Source of the DNA: an uncultured virus (IMG/VR IMGVR_UViG_3300035544_000037)
Virus record (IMG/VR): IMGVR_UViG_3300035544_000037
Location: 1 to 43,176 of that record
Length of the DNA: 43,176 bases
Reading direction: 5' to 3' (one strand)
Program-made: the position numbers and the translations under genes
Part shown: positions 36,018-43,176 of the stretch, one piece after another
How positions within the stretch are numbered: the first letter of the stretch is position 1
Layout of the letters: each line of letters begins with the position of its first letter
Notes under the pieces: generated by a model
Database searches by the model: none
What the model was told of the DNA's origin: nothing
Seen by the model: only the letters and a program-made list of their open reading frames with translations

Positions 36018-36587
36018 ATGAAAATTGAAGATTGCTATGTAGGTCAAACAGTTAAGCATAATTATACTGATATGTATTTAGATATTGAAGAAGGTGACAA
36101 AGGTATTATAGAAGAAGTTAATAAAAAAGATAATTATATTGTGGTTTGGGGAAAACAATTTGACCCAAGTAATTTTAGTGCCTATGACAAATTCAATATT
36201 AATGATGAAGTTATATATAAATCATTTGACAGTGAAACTATAAAATCAAGAGAAAAAGCTGTAATATTTGGAATTGCACCAAAAAGGGATAAATTTAAAA
36301 AAGAATATGCTATTAGCTACATCCATGAAGGGCCTTATGGTAAAAAGAAAAGAGTTAACGAAATTGTTGCTGAGCATAAATTATCACCACTCAAAAAGCC
36401 AGATGAGTTAGAAACTGGTGATAAGTTTAAGTTATATGATGATAATAAGGTTCTAGAGGTTTTAAATAGAAATTATGATACTCATCACAATCAGATAGTA
36501 TATACAGCTAAGGTGGTTGGAGGAATATATGACGGTGAAATTAATAGTTTCCTGTCATCTTATGTTGATGAAATAATCTATGATTAA
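36018..36587 (+). CDS. Tandem SH3/KOW-like repeat protein
   Basis: Three units starting YVGQTV, FNINDEV, LETGDKF. Confidence 0.65.
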   Translation: MKIEDCYVGQTVKHNYTDMYLDIEEGDKGIIEEVNKKDNYIVVWGKQFDPSNFSAYDKFNINDEVIYKSFDSETIKSREKAVIFGIAPKRDKFKKEYAISYIHEGPYGKKKRVNEIVAEHKLSPLKKPDELETGDKFKLYDDNKVLEVLNRNYDTHHNQIVYTAKVVGGIYDGEINSFLSSYVDEIIYD

Positions 36588-36597
36588 GGAGGATAGA

Positions 36598-36786
36598 ATG
36601 AAACCTAAAATTGAAATAAAATTCAAACAATGGTGGGAGGACTACTTGGATGATTTAGCTACTACTAGTTTAAGACTTTTAGAAGTTGGGGTTGAATATG
36701 AAAAAGTTAAAAAGAATATAAATAATCAAATTAAAGAAGTAATTTCAGATGCTATTGAAATTAAAATTGATTATTCAGATAAATAA
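36598..36786 (+). CDS. Hypothetical protein
   Basis: AAGGAGG RBS before ATG 36598. Confidence 0.65.
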   Translation: MKPKIEIKFKQWWEDYLDDLATTSLRLLEVGVEYEKVKKNINNQIKEVISDAIEIKIDYSDK

Positions 36787-36798
36787 GGTGGTGAGATA

Positions 36799-39672
36799 GT
36801 GGAGTTCAAAGAGATATATGAAGATGTATTAGACAAGAAATTGCCTGAACCTAATGATAGTAGTGAGATTAAAATGGCCTGCCCTTTTCATGAAGATAAT
36901 AACCCTTCCTTTTCAGTCAATAATGAAACTGGTAGCTTCCATTGCTTCAATCCAGAGTGTGGTGAAAGTGGAGGTATAGTTCAGTTTGTTAAGAAAGTTA
37001 AAGGACTTACTAAATATGAAGCAGAACAGTGGTTAGAAGAACACTATGGGGAAGAATTAAAGTTAGGTGAAGTTAATAATAAGAAAAAGAAAGAAAAGCC
37101 TAAACAACCTGCTATAAGTGAAACAGAGGTAAGAAAATGGAATACAATCCTCAAAAATTCTAATAAGATTTTAAATTTCCTATTGAATGAAAGAGGGATT
37201 AATCAAGAAACAATAGACAGGTACCAGATTGGTTGGGATGGAAGTAGAATAACTATTCCAGTCAGAGCAGAAGATGGAAAGATTAGAAATGTCAGAAAGT
37301 ACAAGCCTAATAGCACTTCTAGTGAGAGCAAGGTGATAAGCTATGGTAAAGGTTATGGTTCAGCCAGACTTTATCCATATGAGAATTTAGTTTATGATAA
37401 AGTTTTATTAGTAGAAGGTGAAATGGATGCTATTCTAGCAAACCAATTAGGGTATAAAGCTATAACTGCTACTGGAGGGGCAGGAACTTGGAAGACAGAG
37501 TGGAATGAGCTGTTTGAAGATAAGATTGTCCATATAATTTATGATATAGATGATGCTGGTCAAACTGGAGCAGAGAAGGTAGCAAGGTTATTACTACCAA
37601 AGGCTCAAGAAGTTAAAATAGTAAATCTACCAATCAATAAACCAAAAAATGGAGATTTAACTGACTACTTTGTGAGATTTGGCCACACTAGAGAAGAACT
37701 TGATGGGATTATAGAGAATACAGAACCATTTAGTATTGATGAAATTAATGAAGTACCTTCTGATGATAAAATTTATGATGTCCATCTTAGTAATGCTAGT
37801 AAAAGTAAATATTATTTTAAGAAGGTAAGAATGAATACTGTTATTTCTGGAAAGGATTTAGCACCATATATTATTCCCAGAAAAGTGAAGGCCACTTGTA
37901 CTATGGATGCTGGGAAGAAGTGTAACTTTTGTCCTATGAGATTAAGTAGTGGTGAGAAAGAGTATATATTTGACTCTAATGATGCTGGAATATTAGAGCT
38001 AATTATGTGTTCCAAAACTCAACAAAAGGGTATTCTAAGAAAGAGATTAGGTATTCCAAAGGGTTGTTATTCTCACAATATTACAGTAGTTGATGCTCAA
38101 AATGTAGAAGAAATTATGATGATGCCTGAACTTGATTTTAGTTCAGAGGAAAGAGAATATGTTATTAGAAGGGGCTTTTATGTAGGTCATGGATTAAAGC
38201 CCAATACCTCTTATCAAGTAACAGGGGTAACTGTACCTGAACCCTGGAAACAATATACTACTCACTTAATAGATGAGGCAGAACCATCTCAAGATAATAT
38301 AAGTAATTTTGAAATGACTGAAGAAAAGAAAGAAAGACTTAAAATATTCCAACCTTCTGAAGAACAAACAGTGGCAGATAAATTTGATGAAATAGCTACT
38401 GATTTAACTCACAATGTAACTCATATTTATGGTAGAGAAGATTTAATAAAAGCAGTAGATTTAGTCTACCATTCTGTATTGGCTTTTAACTTTCAAAACC
38501 AAAGAATAAATAGAGGTTGGGTAGAGGCACTTATTCTAGGTGATACCAGAACTGGAAAGTCTGAAACTGCTCATCAAATTATGAGGCATTATAAATTAGG
38601 TGAACTAGTGACAGGTGAAAACACTTCTTTTGCTGGTCTTATAGGAGGCATGCAACAAACCCAAAATAGATGGTCTATTACTTGGGGTAAAGTACCTTTA
38701 AACGATAGAAGGTTAGTAGTGTTAGATGAAGCAAGTGGATTGAATGAAGATGAGATTGGTTATATGTCTGGTGTAAGAAGTTCAGGTGTAGCTGAAGTTA
38801 CTAAAATCCAAACAGAGAAAACCCATGCTAGAACTAGATTATTATGGATTAGTAATAGTAGGGATGGTAGAAGTCTTAAGGAATATGGCTATGGAATATG
38901 GGCTATTAAAAAACTAATTGGAAAGAGTGAGGATATAGCTAGATTTGAATTTGCTGTAGCCTGTGCTAGTGAAGATGTACCTATGGATGAGATAAATAAG
39001 AAGATGGAACTCCATGGGGAAGTAGAACACAAATATACTTTTGATTTATCTAAGGACTTAATCCTTTGGGCTTGGAGTAGAACTCCAGAGCAAATAGAAT
39101 TTACAGATGATGCTATTGAAAAATTACTAGAATTAGCTACTAAAATGGGCAAGCAATATAGTAGTAAAATACCTTTGGTAGAAGGTGCTAACCAAAGAAT
39201 TAAACTTGCTAGACTGGCTATTTCAGCAGCTTGTAGAACTTTTTCCACTGATGAAACTGGTGAAAAAGTAATAGTGAAAGAAGGACATGCTCAATTTGCT
39301 CATGATTTTATAGATAATCAATATAGAAAGTCTAAGATGGGTTACTGGGATTATTCAGAACAGCAAAATGAGGCAGAAAGGACTGCTAGAAATAAAAAAG
39401 GTGATGTTATTTTATATCTTAACAACACTCCAGATTTGGGTGATTTGTTCTTACAATATGATTATGTTAGAAAATCAGATATTGAATATATAGCAGATAT
39501 GGAAAAAGACCAAGTAAAGAATGTAATCAAATTCCTTTCTAAAAATAGAATGGTTAGAAAAGTAAGCAGGGGTTTTAAGAAAACTCCAGCCTTTGGTAAA
39601 ATACTAAAAGAATGGAAAGAAAGTAGAAGGGAAAAGAGGAAGAAAGAGAATGGTGATGCTGATGAAGAATAA
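36799..39672 (+). CDS. DnaG-type primase (CHC2 Zn finger + TOPRIM) fused to MCM-like AAA+ helicase
   Basis: CPFHEDNNPSF..CF..C; VEGEMDA, YDIDDAG, DLTDY; GDTRTGKSE, TSFAGL, VVLDE, ISN, ARFE. Confidence 0.85.
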   Translation: MEFKEIYEDVLDKKLPEPNDSSEIKMACPFHEDNNPSFSVNNETGSFHCFNPECGESGGIVQFVKKVKGLTKYEAEQWLEEHYGEELKLGEVNNKKKKEKPKQPAISETEVRKWNTILKNSNKILNFLLNERGINQETIDRYQIGWDGSRITIPVRAEDGKIRNVRKYKPNSTSSESKVISYGKGYGSARLYPYENLVYDKVLLVEGEMDAILANQLGYKAITATGGAGTWKTEWNELFEDKIVHIIYDIDDAGQTGAEKVARLLLPKAQEVKIVNLPINKPKNGDLTDYFVRFGHTREELDGIIENTEPFSIDEINEVPSDDKIYDVHLSNASKSKYYFKKVRMNTVISGKDLAPYIIPRKVKATCTMDAGKKCNFCPMRLSSGEKEYIFDSNDAGILELIMCSKTQQKGILRKRLGIPKGCYSHNITVVDAQNVEEIMMMPELDFSSEEREYVIRRGFYVGHGLKPNTSYQVTGVTVPEPWKQYTTHLIDEAEPSQDNISNFEMTEEKKERLKIFQPSEEQTVADKFDEIATDLTHNVTHIYGREDLIKAVDLVYHSVLAFNFQNQRINRGWVEALILGDTRTGKSETAHQIMRHYKLGELVTGENTSFAGLIGGMQQTQNRWSITWGKVPLNDRRLVVLDEASGLNEDEIGYMSGVRSSGVAEVTKIQTEKTHARTRLLWISNSRDGRSLKEYGYGIWAIKKLIGKSEDIARFEFAVACASEDVPMDEINKKMELHGEVEHKYTFDLSKDLILWAWSRTPEQIEFTDDAIEKLLELATKMGKQYSSKIPLVEGANQRIKLARLAISAACRTFSTDETGEKVIVKEGHAQFAHDFIDNQYRKSKMGYWDYSEQQNEAERTARNKKGDVILYLNNTPDLGDLFLQYDYVRKSDIEYIADMEKDQVKNVIKFLSKNRMVRKVSRGFKKTPAFGKILKEWKESRREKRKKENGDADEE

Positions 39673-40414
39673 AATAGCTATACTAGGGAATGGGATATCT
39701 GGAACACTTGTTGCCAAGGCTTTAAAGGATAGTGGGATAGAAAACTTTGATATAATAACTAAAGATAGTAATATTCCAAAAGTTAGAGGATTTTTTCTTC
39801 TACATGATAGTTGTAATTTTGATGGGATTGAAAAGGTAAGTTTTAAAGTTGAACAACTTGGTAGAGAAGAAGTCTACAAAAATAAACTATCCTATGGTGG
39901 AGAAGTTTCATCATCCTGGAAGAAGGGGCTTAGAGATTATTTTATGGTAGGATACAATCCTTATCCTTCCATAGTTCAAGAATGGCATAGCAATAAGCAT
40001 AGGATAGTAAAGTATGAGCTTATGCCAGAAGATTTTGACTTATTATTCTATGATTATGATTGGGTGATAAGTACAATTCCACCTAATAATTTATTCAAAA
40101 GTGCTGAATTAGAGTATTCCAAAATATGGATTAAAGATGAACCTGCTGATGATAGGGGATATTATGCTAGATATTTTGGAACTGAAGATACAGATAAAAC
40201 TAGAGAAAGTCAGCTTTGGGGTAGAAAATCAATTGAATATGCTACTGAAAAAGAGGGTTCAAATATTTGTATAAAGCCTATCATAGCTAGAAAATTGCCT
40301 AAAGATGATAGAATTACTTTAGCTGGTAGAAAAGGAAAATGGAATAAGAATATTTTAGCCCATCAAGTTTACTATCAAATATTAGATGAAATTAATTCAA
40401 GAAATTTGGGATAA
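39662..40414 (+). CDS. FAD/NAD-binding Rossmann oxidoreductase
   Basis: IAILGNGISG dinucleotide-binding motif, VISTIP, LAGRKGKW. Confidence 0.75.
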   Translation: MKNKIAILGNGISGTLVAKALKDSGIENFDIITKDSNIPKVRGFFLLHDSCNFDGIEKVSFKVEQLGREEVYKNKLSYGGEVSSSWKKGLRDYFMVGYNPYPSIVQEWHSNKHRIVKYELMPEDFDLLFYDYDWVISTIPPNNLFKSAELEYSKIWIKDEPADDRGYYARYFGTEDTDKTRESQLWGRKSIEYATEKEGSNICIKPIIARKLPKDDRITLAGRKGKWNKNILAHQVYYQILDEINSRNLG

Positions 40415-40458
40415 AAAGAAGGACTTTGTAAAGTTATCTATAATATAGTATATAGAGG
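40414..40458 (+). promoter_or_regulatory. Repeated intergenic motif, SigH-like promoter (copy 2)
   Basis: AAAAGAAGGACTTT identical to copy 1; AGGA-17 bp-TAAT; also contains TATAAT. Confidence 0.55.
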
Positions 40459-40467
40459 GTGATAAAA

Positions 40468-40617
40468 TTGGATAAGTGTCCAGTTTGTAAAAATGAAGAT
40501 AGGGATTTATTCTTAGAACCAGATGGATTAACTGGAATGGAAGTTTGCTTAAGTTGTGGGGCTATGCAAGTTCAACAATATATAGTAGATGAATATAAAG
40601 AGAATGGAGGTGATTAA
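40468..40617 (+). CDS. 49-aa TFIIB-type zinc-ribbon protein, not in ORF track
   Basis: GAGGGTGA RBS, TTG start; MDKCPVCKNEDRDLFLEPDGLTGMEVCLSCGAMQV. Confidence 0.7.
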   Translation: MDKCPVCKNEDRDLFLEPDGLTGMEVCLSCGAMQVQQYIVDEYKENGGD

Positions 40618-41562
40618 GTGAGTTTAAAAGAACTTGAAGAGATATGGAAAGACCAAAAACAATTCAATTCTAATTTTGTAGATTATGAAAGTCTTGACAA
40701 AAAGAAAAGGGTTGAACATTTAAAAGAATATGGACTTTTAATGATTGATGAAATTATGGAATTAATAAGAGAAACTAACTGGAAAGGGCACAGAAAAGAT
40801 AAAGTTCATACAATAGATAGTAATATATTAGAAGAAAGTATAGATATTTTTAAATATTGGCTTTCAATAATGGTTTTAATGGAGTATAGTCCAGAGGACT
40901 TTATAGAGGAATATCAGAGAAAATCATCAGTAGTAGAACAGCGTTACAAGCAAGAAAAGCAATTAAACTTTGAATCAAATAAAATAGTTGGTGTGGATAT
41001 TGATGGTGTATTAGCTGATTATCCTGATTGCTTTATTAATTATGTAAATGATAAAGTTGGTACTAATTTTAAGGCAGAAGATTTAGACCAGTACAATCTT
41101 TATGAGGCAATTACAGATATTCCTACTGAAGTTATGAAAGAGCTTAAACATGATTTTAGGAAGTCTGGACAATTAAAAAAAGTAGGAGTTTTGCCTGGAG
41201 CAAAAGAATTTCTACAAAGTTTAAGGAATAAAAGCTACAAGATAGTTTTATTATCAGCCAGACCATATAAGGAATACAGAAGGATTTTTGCTGATACTAA
41301 AGAATGGTTAGATAAGAATGGATTAATTTATGATGCTATACTTTGGGATGAGGATAAACTAAATAGATTGATTAGAGAATTTGGAGAAAACAATGTCAGC
41401 TTTTTTGTAGAAGATAATCTTAAAAATGCTAATAGTATTTCTAAATCTACTAAAGTTTACTTGTTAGATAAGAGCTATAATCAAGGCAAAACTGATAGTA
41501 ATATCTCCAGAGTTAATAATTTAAGGGAGGTTTTAGAAGGTGAAGAAAAAAGAGTTGATTGA
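40618..41562 (+). CDS. All-alpha dNTP pyrophosphatase (dimeric dUTPase/dCTPase-like) fused to HAD 5'(3')-deoxynucleotidase
   Basis: DE..EL..E.NWK.H and EE.ID..KY motifs; GVDIDGVLAD, LSAR, T..WL, K, FVEDN HAD motifs. Confidence 0.85.
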   Translation: MSLKELEEIWKDQKQFNSNFVDYESLDKKKRVEHLKEYGLLMIDEIMELIRETNWKGHRKDKVHTIDSNILEESIDIFKYWLSIMVLMEYSPEDFIEEYQRKSSVVEQRYKQEKQLNFESNKIVGVDIDGVLADYPDCFINYVNDKVGTNFKAEDLDQYNLYEAITDIPTEVMKELKHDFRKSGQLKKVGVLPGAKEFLQSLRNKSYKIVLLSARPYKEYRRIFADTKEWLDKNGLIYDAILWDEDKLNRLIREFGENNVSFFVEDNLKNANSISKSTKVYLLDKSYNQGKTDSNISRVNNLREVLEGEEKRVD

Positions 41563-41695
41563 TAAATTAAAAGAATTTGGTGATGATGAAGAAGTGTATT
41601 TAGTTTCATTTGCTCCACAAGTCAGCTATCATGAATTTGATATTAGTAAAAATGGTAAGTCAATCATACTAAATCCTACAAGGAGGGTATCATGA
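41540..41695 (+). CDS. 51-aa hypothetical protein, not in ORF track
   Basis: GGGAGG RBS; MKKKELIDKLKEFGDDEEV (common phage N-terminal motif); ATGA coupling. Confidence 0.7.
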   Translation: MKKKELIDKLKEFGDDEEVYLVSFAPQVSYHEFDISKNGKSIILNPTRRVS

Positions 41696-41883
41696 TTTTA
41701 TCTAATAAGCAAGCCAGAAGTTTAGAGGCAAAAATTGCTGCTTATTCTAAGATGTTAGGTAAGAGTGAAGAAGAAATAGCTGATTTTTTGGGATACAGCT
41801 ATATGACTATTAGAAGAAGAATTGATTCATTAGAAGATAAAGAGCCAGGATTATATATGGTAGTTAAAGATAGGAGGTATTAG
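41692..41883 (+). CDS. Small HTH DNA-binding protein
   Basis: SEEEIADFLGYSYMTIRRRI HTH pattern; AAGGAGG RBS. Confidence 0.75.
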   Translation: MILSNKQARSLEAKIAAYSKMLGKSEEEIADFLGYSYMTIRRRIDSLEDKEPGLYMVVKDRRY

Positions 41884-41884
41884 C

Positions 41885-43176
41885 TTGGAATTTGTTAACT
41901 TGCATAACCATTCAGAGTTCAGTTTATTGGATGGGATGATTTCTCCAGAAGAAATGATAAATTTTGCTAAAGAAAATGACCAGAAAGCCATAGCTATAAC
42001 TGACCATGGGAAAATTGGGGGATTTTTTAAACTATTAAAACATGGAAAGGAAAAAGGAATTAAACCATTAATTGGTGTAGAAGTTTATATGGTAAAGGAT
42101 ATTAATTTTCAACAGAATAGAAGTAAAGGTGAAAAAGAACAAAGGTATCACTTAACTTTAATAGCTAAAAATAAAAAGGGGATGCAAGACTTATTTGAGT
42201 TAACTTCTAAATCCCATACAGAAGGTTTTTATTATAGACCAAGAGTAAATATGGAATGGTTAAATGAATTTAGTGATAATCTTATAGTCATGTCAGGTTG
42301 TATAGCAGGTGTAATCCCTCAATTGATATTAGATGGAAAGTATAGTTTAGCTAAAGAACAAGCAGAAAGACTTAATAACTACTTCAATGATTTTTATATG
42401 GAAATGCAACCAAATAGTTTGGGTGAACAAAAGAAGGTTAATAGAGGACTTATGAAAATTCATAATGAGACAGGAATACCTTTGGTGGCTACTACTGATG
42501 CTCACTATCTAAAAGAACAGCAAGAAAGCCATAAAGTATTGTTAGGAATTAATAGTGGAGGTGATATGTGGGAATTTAATGATGATACTTTTTATTTAAT
42601 GACTGGTAGTGAAATGTTTGAATTAATGAAGAAAAATCACCCATTTCTACCAGAAAAATTAATAAGAGGGGCTATCAAAAATACAATAGAGATAGCTGAT
42701 AAGTGTGATTGGATAGAAAATGAAAGGCTTTCAGATACACTTCCAAATCCTTATCCTGAATTAAAAGATAAAGAAGAAGAATTTGAATTCCTAAAAGAGC
42801 TTTGTGAAAAAGGCTGGGAAGAAAAGAATATGATGGATAAAAAGGATTTGCCAGAATACCAAGAAAGATTAGATAGAGAATTAACTCAAATTAAAAAGTT
42901 AGGCTTTGTTAGATACTTCTTGTTAGTTCATGATTTATATGAGAACTTTGTAAAACCTAATGACTTGATGTATGGAACTGGTAGAGGTAGTTCTGCTGGG
43001 AGTTTAGTTTGTTGTTTGTTGGATATAACTACACCTGACCCTATTGAATATGGACTAATGTTTGAAAGATTTATTTCTCCAAATAGAGTTCATGAACCTG
43101 ATGTAGATATGGACTTTGAAGATAAAAGAAGAGAGGAAGTGAAGGAATACTTTATTGAAAAATATGGTAGAGAATA
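41885..43176 (+). CDS. dnaE: DNA polymerase III alpha subunit (family C), truncated by window end; not in ORF track
   Basis: TTG after AGGAGG; PHP motifs LHNHSEFSLLDG, AITDHG, HLTLIAKN, TTDAHY; GRGSSAGSLV, FERF, PDVDMDF in the same frame. Confidence 0.96.
   Translation, partial: MEFVNLHNHSEFSLLDGMISPEEMINFAKENDQKAIAITDHGKIGGFFKLLKHGKEKGIKPLIGVEVYMVKDINFQQNRSKGEKEQRYHLTLIAKNKKGMQDLFELTSKSHTEGFYYRPRVNMEWLNEFSDNLIVMSGCIAGVIPQLILDGKYSLAKEQAERLNNYFNDFYMEMQPNSLGEQKKVNRGLMKIHNETGIPLVATTDAHYLKEQQESHKVLLGINSGGDMWEFNDDTFYLMTGSEMFELMKKNHPFLPEKLIRGAIKNTIEIADKCDWIENERLSDTLPNPYPELKDKEEEFEFLKELCEKGWEEKNMMDKKDLPEYQERLDRELTQIKKLGFVRYFLLVHDLYENFVKPNDLMYGTGRGSSAGSLVCCLLDITTPDPIEYGLMFERFISPNRVHEPDVDMDFEDKRREEVKEYFIEKYGRE

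Larger units (their letters stand above)
1..43176 (+). mobile_element. Bacteriophage genome segment (contractile-tailed, Firmicute-type host; no lysogeny genes in window)
   Basis: Canonical packaging-head-neck-tail-baseplate-lysis-replication gene order, dense co-oriented ORFs with overlapping stops/starts, no host housekeeping genes. Confidence 0.97.

Noticed and set aside
768..39248. Minus-strand ORFs in the track (e.g. 2885-3313, 8604-9026, 15300-15800, 38889-39248)
   Set aside because: Antisense shadows of well-supported + strand genes, with Ser/Ile/Leu/Phe-rich composition and no motifs
41885..43176. Host chromosomal dnaE marking a prophage boundary, or an intein/intron in it
   Set aside because: Coupled to phage genes with the same CG depletion; motifs are in one frame with normal spacing and no insertion within the window
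1..43176. Alternative genetic code (stop-codon reassignment)
   Set aside because: Long genes are intact under the standard code and TAA, TAG and TGA all end genes at sensible boundaries

Overview
The whole 43 kb window is part of a tailed bacteriophage genome with a contractile tail (myovirus). It is AT-rich and essentially every credible gene lies on the + strand. Gene order: HTH-metallophosphoesterase, terminase large subunit (split by a frameshift), portal, head genes with a small accessory island, neck/sheath/tube/tape measure/baseplate, a beta-helix tail spike, a five-gene lysis cassette and a terminator. An early/replication region follows: DenV-like glycosylase, SNF2 helicase, Cas4-like nuclease, Sak4-like ATPase, SSB, YopX, a primase-MCM helicase fusion, an FAD oxidoreductase, a dUTPase-HAD fusion and a DnaE polymerase cut off by the window end. 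No integrase, tRNA or CRISPR array was seen. Firmicute-type genes and RBSs, acidic virion proteins and spanin-like genes suggest a halophilic diderm Firmicute host such as Halanaerobiales (inference). The best leads are: a spanin-like pair with no lipobox; two candidate recoding sites (-1 in terminase, +1 in the tail chaperone); the primase-MCM/oxidoreductase/dNTP-sanitising module; a 91-nt structured RNA-like element; and strong CG/GATC depletion that exposes two recently acquired modules. All family assignments come from motif recognition by eye; no searches were run.
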